A DNA stretch of 64,000 bases from an uncultured virus (IMG/VR IMGVR_UViG_3300025018_000139) (taxonomy: Duplodnaviria > Heunggongvirae > Uroviricota > Caudoviricetes), in the IMG/VR virus record IMGVR_UViG_3300025018_000139; one strand, given 5' to 3'. Below are positions 32,002 through 42,709 of the stretch, in pieces. Under the pieces are notes generated by a model. That model had not been told where the DNA came from. It did no database searches and worked only from the letters and a program-made list of their open reading frames with translations. Each line of letters begins with the position of its first letter. Position 1 is the first letter of the stretch. The translations under genes were made by a program, and so were the position numbers.

Positions 32002-32790
32002 GAAATATATGAAAAACAAATTTTATACGTGGCAAATCTCAAAAATCGACATGCTGGATGATAAGAAAAATATTATTGGCTCTGTTCATTATGATGAACA
32101 ATATGGCTGGTGGTGGTCTCTTGGTAAAAATATGAGATTCTGCTCGTTGTGGATCGAAAAAGAAGCGATTTATTATGACACTCCTGGACAAGCGAAGATA
32201 GCTGCTATCGATGTGCATATAAAAAAGGAAAAAGAAAAAGAGCTTGCATCTGTCGAAAGTGAGAAAGTTGCCTGGCAAGCAGCAGGATGGAAGACAGGAG
32301 GAACTCGCATTCAAGCGCGGCCACGTAAAGATGGAGATTGGGATGTTCGGACATGGAATGAAAATACCCAAAAATGGGGTGATTCAGATATTTGTGATGC
32401 CGCATACTGGCGCGCCGAGGGAATGATTATAGTAGAAAAAAAACCTCCTTCAATTAGCATGACCTATACGACCCTTACAAAAGCCCAAGAAACTGCTTGC
32501 TCTTTGGTTCTGGATCAGCAATACTTCCTAGAGAGCATCTACAAAGGCTGGGATGTCAATTTGGACATGGAGTTGCTTGAATCCCTCCAAATCTTTGAAT
32601 GCTTGGACGAAAAATTAAATATTACAGAATTTGGAATTGAAGTTGCAAAAGAATTAGCGAATGGAATTGGAAAATAATGAGTTTATTTGAAGAAATTGAA
32701 GTTGCAAAAGCATTTAAAAAATACGAAGAAGCACTAGTAACCCTTAAGAAAAAACTTTAGAACTTGAGAAAGCAAAAGAGTTATAAAGCC

Positions 32791-33069
32791 ATGAAAAATC
32801 AAAACATTTGGTATCACGGAACGTCAGATCATTCTTGGAAGCAGATTCAAAAGGAAGGAAAGCTTTTTGGAATTCAAAAGAACGGAAAGCGATTTACCTT
32901 TCTTTGCAACTCCAAGGATGAAGCGAGTCTTTATGGAGATGTTGTTCTTCGGGTGGAATATGATCCGCTTATGGATCTATTCAATAACAATTTTTCACCA
33001 GAAACTCTAGAATTTGGCGAAATGAAGGTTACTTCTGAGATTGAGCTTTCAAAAGTTCGACGAGTCTAA
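32791..33069 (+). CDS. Small ADP-ribosyltransferase-fold-like protein
   Basis: WYHGTS...IQKEG...FL....A..YG.VVLRV pattern. Confidence 0.5.
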   Translation: MKNQNIWYHGTSDHSWKQIQKEGKLFGIQKNGKRFTFLCNSKDEASLYGDVVLRVEYDPLMDLFNNNFSPETLEFGEMKVTSEIELSKVRRV

Positions 33070-33071
33070 GT

Positions 33072-33233
33072 ATGCATTGGAAAAATATTATTTTTTGGAT
33101 CTTTATTTCTCTCCTTGGATTGATGTCTCCGGCATGCCTGATTCTGGGTCTCATGGGACATATCAAAGCAGCCCTTTGCATTGCTTTTGTTGGTGTTTTT
33201 GGAATCGCATTTACGGCTGAAAGGTACTTCTAA
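33072..33233 (+). CDS. 53-aa membrane microprotein (absent from the ORF track)
   Basis: MHWKNIIFWIFISLLGL..., hydrophobic, follows the previous stop directly. Confidence 0.55.
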   Translation: MHWKNIIFWIFISLLGLMSPACLILGLMGHIKAALCIAFVGVFGIAFTAERYF

Positions 33234-33360
33234 GTTCCCTGCGATGGCCGCGGGCGATTGGTCCACGAAACGGACAAATCCTAGGGGCTAATTTATTCTA
33301 GATTATAATTAGCTTTCGCAAGCAGCCCGCCGGAGCTGCGGGTAAATCCGGCATTTTTTA
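33234..33360 (+). ncRNA. Candidate structured non-coding RNA
   Basis: GC-rich non-coding island with hairpins GTCC/GGAC and GGGCTAATT/AATTAGCTT, crossing stems GCAGC/GCTGC and GCCGGA/TCCGGC, then a T tract. Confidence 0.5.
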
Positions 33361-33413
33361 TCCAAAATGGTTTGCCATAACTTGTGGCTCAAAGGTTCGA
33401 TTCCTAGATTGGA
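33361..33413 (+). pseudogene. Degenerate tRNA-like remnant
   Basis: TCCAA/TTGGA acceptor-like stem, GCCA/TGGC stem-loop, AGG-TTCGATT-CCT T-arm; no D-arm, only 53 nt. Confidence 0.4.
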
Positions 33414-33417
33414 AAAT

Positions 33418-34161
33418 ATGAAAATTGTAAATATCAAGGATAAGCTTGAAGAGATTCAGTATCCACTAGAATCTCTGGCTTTGGGAGATTTTGATCATAT
33501 TGGAGAATTTACTGCTAAAAAGGCCAGATCAAAAGACTCGCCTCTGTATAAAAGCGTTGGTTGTTTCTTTCGTCCAAATTACGAAAGGGGACTTCTTCTT
33601 TATTCTCTAATCAGAAGATTTAAAATTTCTTCAATGTTAGAGATTGGATTTGGAAGAGGTTATGGAACGATGTGTGCCGTAAAGGCAATGATTGATGAAG
33701 GAATCGAAGGGAAGGTAACTACCGTTGATCCTTTTTTGTCAGAAGACTTTCTGAATCAGCTTTCAACAGTATTTCCAAAAGAATGGTTTAGCTATATTAG
33801 CTTTAAAAAACAATCTTCAGATGAAGCTTTTGAAAAAATGGAAGATGATTCAAGTTATGAATTGATTTATATTGATGGAGATCATCGGGTTGAACAGGTT
33901 CAAAAAGATTGGGACAATTCAAAAAATAGATTCACAAAATTTGTTCTTTTTGATGATTACCATCTTCCATCAAAAAAAGAAAAAGATATCGAAGTTGCAA
34001 GCGTTGTTGATCCGATTGAAGGATTCGAAAAAGAATTAATCATTATGGATCGAAGGATTTTTATTGATGATCGTCATCTTTCTGATGACGAGATTGATTA
34101 TGGTCAAATCTTGATAACAAATCCAGAACTTGATAAGTCAAAATACATTCTCGAATGGTAA
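33418..34161 (+). CDS. Class I SAM-dependent methyltransferase (Methyltransf_24-like)
   Basis: MLEIGFGRGYGT, LIYIDGDH and VLFDDY motifs. Confidence 0.85.
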   Translation: MKIVNIKDKLEEIQYPLESLALGDFDHIGEFTAKKARSKDSPLYKSVGCFFRPNYERGLLLYSLIRRFKISSMLEIGFGRGYGTMCAVKAMIDEGIEGKVTTVDPFLSEDFLNQLSTVFPKEWFSYISFKKQSSDEAFEKMEDDSSYELIYIDGDHRVEQVQKDWDNSKNRFTKFVLFDDYHLPSKKEKDIEVASVVDPIEGFEKELIIMDRRIFIDDRHLSDDEIDYGQILITNPELDKSKYILEW

Positions 34162-34754
34162 AAGGAAAATTTCTAGCGGACAAGGTTGAAATATGGTATG
34201 GTGACGACGCGATCGCATCATTCAAAATGATTGGAAAAATGAAATGAAATTGTTCAAAAACAAAGAAGATAAAAAAGAAACAAGTGTAAAAGTAAGAATA
34301 AAAGGTAATTTTGATTTTGAAATTGACCTTTCAACTGAAATGAGGGAACACTTTGAACAAAAGTTCAACGATGGATATTGGATCAATGAAGAATGGTATG
34401 AAAAGATGCCTAAAAAAACCAAAGAAACAGGACTCCATCCTTCTTATTCTGATCCTTCATATAGAGAGTATGAAAAATATTTTGACAAATGGGTTGAAGA
34501 AAGGATCGCAAATGTCACGGAAGAAGAAATAAAGGATTATATTGAAGAAAGTTTCTGCGATCCAACTTCTCTACTTGAAGCCTTTGGTGAATCCGAAAAT
34601 AGAATTAATTTAGAGGCTAATCTGGTTAAAAATAATCTAAAAACCATTATTGAGAACCTTAACAAAGAAGATGATTGTCATGACTGTTATGACTCAGAAC
34701 TCAGCTCTGCAAGAGAAAGTTTAAAGTCAGAAGTTGTTGAAAGAGTAAAATAAT

Positions 34755-35426
34755 ATGCGACTCGTTTGTATTTCAGATACCCATTCTCTTCATCATAACC
34801 TTGACGGACAACTTCCTGATGGAGATGTCTTAATTCATGCGGGAGATTTTTGTGGTCAGAATAGCATCATTTCCGCGGATGCTTTTCTTGATTGGTTTGC
34901 AGATCAGCCTCACAAATATAAGGTTTTTATTGCAGGAAATCATGATGGCCCTTTTGAGAAGACACCAGATTGGGTAAAAGATGTACTAAGCGAGATAAAT
35001 CCTCCGCTTTTCTATCTTCAAGATTCAGGAATTGAAATTGAAGGAGTTAAGTTTTTTGGAGAGCCGTGACAGCCAGAATTTAGAAATTGGCATTTTAATT
35101 TGCCACGCGGAAAGAAATTGGCAGAAAAGTGGAGTCTAATTCCATCTGATACGGACGTTTTGATTACCCATGGGCCTCCATATGGAATCCTTGATCAATG
35201 CCATTATTGGGATCCATATTTTGGCATCGATTATAATCGAAACGTGCATATTGGATGCAGAGATCTTTTAAATGAACTTAAGAGAATCAAGCCGAAAGTT
35301 CACATATTTGGCCATATTCATGAAAGTTATGGACAAATGAGACAAGATGACATAACGTTTATAAATGCTTCGCATATGACAGGAAATTACGAAGCAAAAA
35401 ATCCCCCAATTGTTGTCGACATCTAA
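34755..35426 (+). CDS. Calcineurin-like metallophosphoesterase with one in-frame TGA (35067-35069)
   Basis: ISDTH, HAGD and AGNHD before the stop; QPEFRNWHFNLPRG, LITHGPP and FGHIHE after it in the same frame. Confidence 0.88.
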
Positions 35427-35721
35427 GATATTCTTGACAACAATAAAACCTATTTCAAAAAGAAGAAGAACATATGATAAATATAATAATTTCTCTAATA
35501 TCAATAATAACGATACTTTTCACCATGAACATGCTAACAAAGTCTTACTACAAAAGAGTTTTAAGCGAAGCAATAGTTGATAGTGAAAAAGGACTATCCA
35601 AAACCGAGTTAAATGCTGAAAGGATTATGTTACCAAATCTTCCAATGTCAAAAACATTTATTTCAGGCCAAGACGTTAATCAGGTAGGAAAATGGATTGA
35701 CAGCTAAAAGGAATAAATAAT

Positions 35722-36456
35722 ATGAAATTAGGAGACAGAATGAAGTCGTATGAAGAGGCTGCTCGTCTTTATTTGACGCGTCGCATGCCAATGATTATTC
35801 GTGTTGACGGAAAGGCTTTTCATACGTTTACAAGAAAATATGAGAAGCCTTGGGATGTTGACTTGAGGGATGCAATGAATTCTGCGGCGACTTCTCTTGT
35901 TTCCGAAATTCAGGGAGCAAAAATTGCATATGTTCAATCAGATGAAATATCAGTCTTGGTTACAGATTACGACAGCTTTGTCAGCGAAGCATGGTTTAAT
36001 AAAGCCGTTCAAAAGGTGTGCAGCGTAAGCGCATCAATTGCAACAATGGGATTTAATAGAAAATTAAAAGAGTTAAATCCTGATTACGTAATGACGGCAT
36101 GTTTTGATTCCCGCTGCTTTGTTATTCCAAAAGAAGACGTTTGCAATTATTTTGTATGGAGACAACAAGACGCAATCAGAAATAGCGTTCAAGGTCTAGG
36201 TCAAAAGTATTTTAGTCACAAAGAAATGCATAAGAAAAATTGTGAAAAAGTAAAAGAGATGCTGATTGCTCATTCGATAATCTGGGATGATTGCGAAACT
36301 TGGAAGAAAAACGGATGGTGCGTCATTAGAGAAAATAAAGAAGAAATAATTAATGGTAAGCCATCAATAAGGAGCTATACAAATCCTTTTTGGGAAACAC
36401 CTGTTTTTGCTGAAGATCGAAATTTTATTGAGCGATTTGTTGAAATTGAAAATTAA
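35722..36456 (+). CDS. thg1: tRNA(His) guanylyltransferase Thg1-like 3'-5' polymerase
   Basis: RMKSYE, IIRVDGKAFHTFT, YVQSDEIS, FDSR and YFVWRQQDAIRNS motifs. Confidence 0.93.
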   Translation: MKLGDRMKSYEEAARLYLTRRMPMIIRVDGKAFHTFTRKYEKPWDVDLRDAMNSAATSLVSEIQGAKIAYVQSDEISVLVTDYDSFVSEAWFNKAVQKVCSVSASIATMGFNRKLKELNPDYVMTACFDSRCFVIPKEDVCNYFVWRQQDAIRNSVQGLGQKYFSHKEMHKKNCEKVKEMLIAHSIIWDDCETWKKNGWCVIRENKEEIINGKPSIRSYTNPFWETPVFAEDRNFIERFVEIEN

Positions 36457-36708
36457 GTATGGCAATCGAAATACTTGGCCTAATTTCTAGCATAATTTGC
36501 ATTATGCTTATTTCTCTCATGTCCGACAAGGGAACCATGAACGTAATTGGGACAGTAATATTATCAGTTCTATTATTCTTTTCTGGCGTCGCCCTGGGCG
36601 GAGAAATAACAGTTGATTATTGTAAAGAAATTGTAGATGCACAAAAGTAAAGTCATGCTTAATGTTTGTGTAGAAACAAAAGTCCAGAAGAAAGTTGAAA
36701 GGTTTAGC

Positions 36709-36737
36709 TTGACACCTCCTAAGAGAAGAGCTAAGTT
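36709..36737 (+). promoter_or_regulatory. Sigma70-type promoter
   Basis: TTGACA-N17-TAAGTT, AAGGA RBS before 36780. Confidence 0.65.
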
Positions 36738-36779
36738 ACAAGAGTCGGATTCACCCGCCAACCAACAAAGGAAACAAAA

Positions 36780-36965
36780 ATGAAAAGAGTTGTCACATTC
36801 AAGTTTGAGAAAAGCACTAAGGGGACCCATCGTTATCAGGAAGTAGAGGGAGATGAGCCTGTAGTTGCAGGCACGCTTTATCTAAAGAAGGATTTCGTGA
36901 AGTCACAGTTCAATACGGAGGAAGCACCTCCACAAATCAGGCTCACCATTGAGCTAAGTGAATAA
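36780..36965 (+). CDS. Small beta-rich hypothetical protein
   Basis: EKSTKGTHRYQE...GTLYLKK; promoter and RBS present. Confidence 0.65.
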   Translation: MKRVVTFKFEKSTKGTHRYQEVEGDEPVVAGTLYLKKDFVKSQFNTEEAPPQIRLTIELSE

Positions 36966-36985
36966 AAGTAAAAAGGATTACATAG

Positions 36986-37882
36986 ATGAATCAAGAAGAA
37001 GTAAAACTTGAAAATGGCGTTGTTGCCAAGTTAGGAGGACGTTATGCATTCATGGATAATGGAGTCCAGAGATACTTGGAAGTTTTTTATACCGAACAAG
37101 ACAAGGCTTATCGAGCTTCGGACAATGATACCGTTGTCCTAACTCCAACCTCATCTTGGACTCATGAGCTTGGAGATGGCCCATGGCAACGGATGACCAA
37201 AAATGGCACGAAAAGAATCGTTCTTGCTAAAGATACATGGAGCGAAATTAAGCTAGCAGATGAAGTTGAAGTTTTCGATCCAGAGTCCTATGCTTTTGTG
37301 TCAAAACGCACAGGCAATGTAGTAGAATATAAAACCAGACCCGAACCTAAAACCACTAAAGAGAACAATAAGAACCTAGACGATATCAGCGAGAAAGTTG
37401 CAAAAAAAATGACTACCAATTCAACACTAGACATGCTCAAGGGCGCCGGCATTGACGCAACCAAATCGGTTGGTGCCAATCAGGCTAACGAACTAATCAC
37501 CAGCGGCCTCAAGAGAGGACTGGTGGCAATGGGACTCCCCCAGGAATACATTGATAGCGAAGCTGGCCATCGGTTTCTGAAGATCCTCGGCCCGATTCTT
37601 ATCCATTATATGGCGGACTCTCAAGCAGACTTCATTGATGGCCTCATTGGCGATAATGCTTCAAACAACATCAAAGAAGGTTGCAAGTTTGCAACCCAAA
37701 AAGCGATGGAAGATGTTATGGAGCCATTCCTGGAGTTTGTTGCTCCTTTGCTCAAGGATCTGGCTTCAATGGGCGCCAATTCTATTGGAAGCGCAGTAAA
37801 GACTGGTCTTACCGCTCCAGTAGAGTCAAAGTCTTCTGACGCAGTTCAAGAACTCCTCAAGAACAAAGAAAAGGCTCGCTAA
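36986..37882 (+). CDS. Hypothetical protein
   Basis: 298-aa ORF with RBS, GC-richer codons, followed by a long hairpin. Confidence 0.75.
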   Translation: MNQEEVKLENGVVAKLGGRYAFMDNGVQRYLEVFYTEQDKAYRASDNDTVVLTPTSSWTHELGDGPWQRMTKNGTKRIVLAKDTWSEIKLADEVEVFDPESYAFVSKRTGNVVEYKTRPEPKTTKENNKNLDDISEKVAKKMTTNSTLDMLKGAGIDATKSVGANQANELITSGLKRGLVAMGLPQEYIDSEAGHRFLKILGPILIHYMADSQADFIDGLIGDNASNNIKEGCKFATQKAMEDVMEPFLEFVAPLLKDLASMGANSIGSAVKTGLTAPVESKSSDAVQELLKNKEKAR

Positions 37883-37888
37883 ACAAAG

Positions 37889-37943
37889 AAGGTCAATTGA
37901 TATTGAGCAGGAATATTCCTGCTCAATATCAATTGACCTTTTT
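37889..37943 (+). terminator. 52-bp perfect palindrome, probable terminator
   Basis: AAGGTCAATTGATATTGAGCAGGAAT|ATTCCTGCTCAATATCAATTGACCTT followed by TTT. Confidence 0.65.
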
Positions 37944-38298
37944 AAATTGAAGGTAATATGAAAAACAAAATAAGAGGAGTTTCTAAAAACAGTTTTTTGG
38001 ATCGTATTGATGAAGTTAAAAAACTATCTAAATTTGACAAATGGAATGATATAAATGAAATCATTTCACACTTCTTAGAAAACGGAGTTCCTTTTCCTTA
38101 TCTCTACCCAACCAATTCAGAAAATGGAATCATTTTAGAATGGGACGCAGATGATTATTATATTAGTCTTGAATTTGAAGGATGTACACATCTTGATATT
38201 TCAAATTCTAAATTGGATAAATCCATAAACATTTCAATAAAAGACGCAAAGAATGCGAAAGATGTTCTAATTGGCAATTTAAAAAATCTAGGACTTTT

Positions 38299-39432
38299 AT
38301 GAATTTTAAAATAGCTCCAACCACAATTTTATTATCTTTTGCTGGTTCTCACGCTTATGGCATGAATCAACCAACGTCGGATATAGACGTTAGAGGAATA
38401 TGTGTAGCTCCATTTGATATTAGGATTTCAATTAATAATCACTTTGAACAATATGAAGGAGAGTGGCCTTTTGATTTTATTCCTCAAAAATCAGAAAGAA
38501 ATGCAAAACTTCTTGAAAGCAAGCCAGATGATGTTGTAATCTTTGATATTGCAAAAGCAATAAATCTTATTGGAAATTGCAATCCAAACATGCTTGAACT
38601 TCTTTTTAGTAATGAAGAAGATTATATTCTTTTATCTCCAATGGGAGAAAAGCTTCTTGAAAACAAAAATAAGTTTTTAACATTAAAAATTAAGCATACG
38701 TACACAGGTTATGCCGTTTCTCAATTAAAAAAGATTGAACGTCATAGAAAATACTTAATGGGAACTATTCCCAAAAAGCCTTCAAGAACAGAATTTGGAT
38801 TGCCAGAACATGAAAGCTTAATTCCTTCGACTGAAAGAAATCTAATTGATGAAGAAATTAAAAAAAGAATTCGTGATTGGACTGCTGATAATATTGAAAT
38901 TAATCCCGCAGAAAGAGTAACATTGCATGAAAACATGCGCTCTTTTATGGCTGCTGCCATAAGGGCTTCTGACCATGATTTGGATGATAAAATTGAAGAT
39001 GTTGCGGCTGAGAGTCTTGGGTTTGATCAAGATATTCGAGAAATTCTTCGAAGAGAAAGAGGATTTAGAACAGCATTGAAAGAATTTAAAAGTTATGAAA
39101 GATGGGAATCAGATCGAAATCCCAAAAGAAAAGAATTAGAAGAAAGGCATGGGTTCGATACAAAGCACGCAAGCCACTTGATTCGGCTGGTAAGAAGTGG
39201 TACAGAGATATTGGAGTACGGAGAGCTTCGAGTTCGGAGAAAAGACGCAGAAGAATTGCTTGCTATCCGTCGAGGAGAAAGAAATTTTGAAGACATAAAA
39301 GAAGAATCAGATCGTCTTTTAAATAGGATGGACGATCTTTATAAAGAAAACCCTCAAAACCTTCCAAAAAAGCCTGATTCTAAATTTTTGGAACAAATAA
39401 ATAGAGAAATTATTTTAATGAGTCTAAGATAG
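38299..39432 (+). CDS. Pol-beta-superfamily nucleotidyltransferase (phage Nuc-transf/RlaP-like)
   Basis: GSHAYG...SDIDVRG, NPNMLELLF, GYAVSQL, DTKHASHLIRL and LLAIRRGE motifs. Confidence 0.87.
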   Translation: MNFKIAPTTILLSFAGSHAYGMNQPTSDIDVRGICVAPFDIRISINNHFEQYEGEWPFDFIPQKSERNAKLLESKPDDVVIFDIAKAINLIGNCNPNMLELLFSNEEDYILLSPMGEKLLENKNKFLTLKIKHTYTGYAVSQLKKIERHRKYLMGTIPKKPSRTEFGLPEHESLIPSTERNLIDEEIKKRIRDWTADNIEINPAERVTLHENMRSFMAAAIRASDHDLDDKIEDVAAESLGFDQDIREILRRERGFRTALKEFKSYERWESDRNPKRKELEERHGFDTKHASHLIRLVRSGTEILEYGELRVRRKDAEELLAIRRGERNFEDIKEESDRLLNRMDDLYKENPQNLPKKPDSKFLEQINREIILMSLR

Positions 39433-39442
39433 GAACAAAAAA

Positions 39443-40924
39443 ATGAAAAAAATTCTAAGTACACTTTTCCTCACAATTGGACTTGCTGGGTGCTCTAGCT
39501 ACGAACCAATTTCTATCAACAGCCAAACTGAACAATGTCTTGTGGATTTTGTAGATCCACAGGATGGCGAAGGTAATATCAGTGAAAATCAACTTCAAGA
39601 AATAATTGAAGAAAGATCGGAGCAATGGAAAGATCGAAATTTCAAGCTTGCTTCTCCTTATGCTGAAAGCAACCACCTATATGTGATGGATGGCAAATGC
39701 CCAGGAAAACTAAGCGTTGCAGCAAGCGGAGACCATGGTTTTTCAATTGAAAATATGGAACCAGTTACCTGGTACACCATTCCAGAAATAGAATCAAATG
39801 GATCTGAGGTTTTCATCAACAATGAGACTTCAGACTTTCCAAATGATCCGCTTTATCAGCACCAGTGGAACTTTCAAATGATTGACGCTCCAAAGGCTTG
39901 GAGCGATTCCAACCAAGGAAAAGATGTTATTGTAGCTGTTATTGATACCGGAGTTGGTTACAAAGATCATGGGAAGTTCAAAGCTCTAGAAGATCTAAAT
40001 AAAACAAAGTTTATAAAAGGTGTAACATTTACTCCTGATGGCCCGCCTGACGGAATTGACGATCATGCCCATGGCTCACACGTCGCAGGGACAATCGCAC
40101 AGAGCACCAATAATGGGTTAGGTGTAACCGGAATTGCTCCGCGAGCTGTAATCATGCCATTAAAGGTTCTTTCCGCAAATGGAGAAGGGACAGTACAAGA
40201 TATTTCAACAGCAATTCGCTATGCTGCGGATAATGGAGCGAAGGTAATCAATATGAGCCTTGGTGGCTCTATGCCTTCAAAGATCATGGAAGATGCAGTA
40301 GATTATGCACATGAAAAGGGAGTCCTTGTTATCTGCGCTGCTGGCAACGATCATTCAAAAAACGTAGGATATCCTGCTGGCTACAAGAATTGCATGTCTG
40401 TTTCTGCCATTGACAAAAACGAAGGATTGGCTTGGTACAGCAATTACGGAAAAGATATTGATATCTCAGCTCCGGGTGGAGATACAAGAAACGGACCTTA
40501 CGAAGGAATTGTTCAGAATACCTTAAATCCAAGAACAGGAGAAAGAGGTTATTTTGGATTTCAAGGAACTTCTATGGCAACTCCTCATGTTGCTGGTGTT
40601 GCTGCTTTGGTCTTTGGTGAAGGAATCACTGACAACGAACAGGCTTGGGAAATTTTGGAAGAGTCTGCCCACCACCCAGACCATGAAGACTGGGATGAGA
40701 TTTATGGTGCAGGGATTGTTAATGCGTACAGTGCAGTAATGATGGCAAGAGAAGAAAACGATGATGGTGGAATTATCGAAATGCCGATATGGAAGATTGT
40801 TCTCATTGGAGGCATTATGTTCATTGTTATTGGGTTTGTTGGGTGGCGAGTTTATAAGGCAGTAAAAAGCCTAGACTCGGACTATGACAAGTACGGAGAT
40901 GATGATTCTAGCGTGAATCTATAA
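39443..40924 (+). CDS. Subtilisin-family (S8) serine protease, lipoprotein with C-terminal TM helix
   Basis: Lipobox LAGC; catalytic VAVIDTG, HGSHVAG and GTSMATPHVAG; hydrophobic C-terminal helix. Confidence 0.93.
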   Translation: MKKILSTLFLTIGLAGCSSYEPISINSQTEQCLVDFVDPQDGEGNISENQLQEIIEERSEQWKDRNFKLASPYAESNHLYVMDGKCPGKLSVAASGDHGFSIENMEPVTWYTIPEIESNGSEVFINNETSDFPNDPLYQHQWNFQMIDAPKAWSDSNQGKDVIVAVIDTGVGYKDHGKFKALEDLNKTKFIKGVTFTPDGPPDGIDDHAHGSHVAGTIAQSTNNGLGVTGIAPRAVIMPLKVLSANGEGTVQDISTAIRYAADNGAKVINMSLGGSMPSKIMEDAVDYAHEKGVLVICAAGNDHSKNVGYPAGYKNCMSVSAIDKNEGLAWYSNYGKDIDISAPGGDTRNGPYEGIVQNTLNPRTGERGYFGFQGTSMATPHVAGVAALVFGEGITDNEQAWEILEESAHHPDHEDWDEIYGAGIVNAYSAVMMAREENDDGGIIEMPIWKIVLIGGIMFIVIGFVGWRVYKAVKSLDSDYDKYGDDDSSVNL

Positions 40925-40930
40925 AATAAA

Positions 40931-42709
40931 ATGTCGACCCTAAAACAGGGTCATGTAATCGAAGTCAAGGAAAATTCTTTTAGAATTGAACTCCTTGACT
41001 TCGATTACGGCGACTCAATCTTAAAAACCTATCATGATTTAAGTTATTCATATTGGCATGCAGGCTGTCTGTCTGTATATCGAAGGCCAAATGTTGGAGA
41101 AAAAGTTGAAATAATATTAAATTCTTCAAATAATATTTGTTTTATAAAGCCAGTGAGACCAAAAACTCCAATCGAAAATGATATCAAAATGTCAAACTCT
41201 AAAACATTTATTCTAACTCCTCAACATGTTTTCTTGGGCAGAAAAATGAAGATTTTTCCTCTCATTGTTTCAAATGGCCCTAAAGCATTTTTAAAAATTA
41301 GTGAAATTGGTCTAAAAAAAGGAGAAAATTCAAAGTCTTTTCCACAGGACATTGCAGATATTTTAGGAATAGACATTGGAAAGCATCCATCAGAAACCGA
41401 TCTTACTGGTCAAGAGTATGATGAGGCAGAACTTGCATACGAAAAAGAATGTGAAAAAATGCTTGCCATTTACGGTGAAATGGAAATAGCAAATGAAATA
41501 TTGATGGCCAATTCTGGAATGTCTGATTTGCGATTGGGAAAATATGAAAAAGAAGCAGGATCGGATGAATGGAAAATTTCACCAAATCAACCTATTCATG
41601 TTTTTTATGAAGAAAACATTTCTAAAATGGCAATGTCACCCGAAGCGGTTGCTGAAAGAGAAAAAAAATTAGATGAACATATTAAAAATGAATATGGCAA
41701 AAAAGATTCAGAACCCAAGGAAGAAGAAAAGGAAAACATGAACGACGAAAAAGAAAACAAAGAATTCAACAAAATTTTTACTGAGAAATGCGTTGAAGAA
41801 GAATGTTGCTTCATTCCAACATGGAAGCCTTTTGGAAAAGAAGAAATTCAACTGATTTTATATTTTGGTTGTTCTCTGGAAATTTTTCAGGAGAAAAAAC
41901 TAAAATTCATAGAATATGATGATGAAGATGATACTGTCTTAATTGAATCAGAAGAAGGATATTCAGAATGGGTTCCGATTCAGCTATTTGAATCGGTTGA
42001 ATTTGCTACAAATTTTGATGAAGAGGAAGAAGATAGCGAGTTCGATGCTCATCATATGACATTCGAAAACCAAGACGACAAAGGAGACATGGCTTTTGAA
42101 ATATGGGGAAATTCCAACTCTCTGGAACTGTGGAGCGGCAATGGAAAAACATTGATAACACCAAAAGACGCTCACATGCTTGTTCCATTTGTTGAGGAGT
42201 GGCTTAAAGCAATAGATTATTCATATCCATGTGTGGAAGCAGCGGAAAAATCAGATAATGAGACACTTGCATATATGATAGAACGTTATTCTGAAGAGTC
42301 CAAAAAAACAGAAAAGTTGGCCGAAGAAAATCAAGTTCTAATTCAAAATAATAAAATATTAGAATTTGACCTAAATGAAGCTCAAAACAATATAGGCAGA
42401 ATGGCAAATGAACTTATCAAACAAACTAAAGAAATATCGAAATTACAAGGCGACATTTCTTATTTGAGTGATAGGCTTTTCAAAATCAAAGTATCTGAAG
42501 AAAATAAAAAGACCAAAGCAAATGATACTAAGGGAGATTTGCAAAAGAATACACGAGCAGAAGCCTTGCAAATTATTCTTAATAAAAAAGAGCATGTTTT
42601 AGTGTCTGAAGGAGCTTTGTTTGATGAAGGAGCTTTGTTTGAACAGGAATCAAATCAAGAATCAAGCCTTGACACAATTTCAAAAGGAATTATGGAGTCA
42701 CACAGATGA
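40931..42709 (+). CDS. Large acidic multidomain hypothetical protein with C-terminal coiled coil
   Basis: 592-aa ORF. Confidence 0.7.
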   Translation: MSTLKQGHVIEVKENSFRIELLDFDYGDSILKTYHDLSYSYWHAGCLSVYRRPNVGEKVEIILNSSNNICFIKPVRPKTPIENDIKMSNSKTFILTPQHVFLGRKMKIFPLIVSNGPKAFLKISEIGLKKGENSKSFPQDIADILGIDIGKHPSETDLTGQEYDEAELAYEKECEKMLAIYGEMEIANEILMANSGMSDLRLGKYEKEAGSDEWKISPNQPIHVFYEENISKMAMSPEAVAEREKKLDEHIKNEYGKKDSEPKEEEKENMNDEKENKEFNKIFTEKCVEEECCFIPTWKPFGKEEIQLILYFGCSLEIFQEKKLKFIEYDDEDDTVLIESEEGYSEWVPIQLFESVEFATNFDEEEEDSEFDAHHMTFENQDDKGDMAFEIWGNSNSLELWSGNGKTLITPKDAHMLVPFVEEWLKAIDYSYPCVEAAEKSDNETLAYMIERYSEESKKTEKLAEENQVLIQNNKILEFDLNEAQNNIGRMANELIKQTKEISKLQGDISYLSDRLFKIKVSEENKKTKANDTKGDLQKNTRAEALQIILNKKEHVLVSEGALFDEGALFEQESNQESSLDTISKGIMESHR

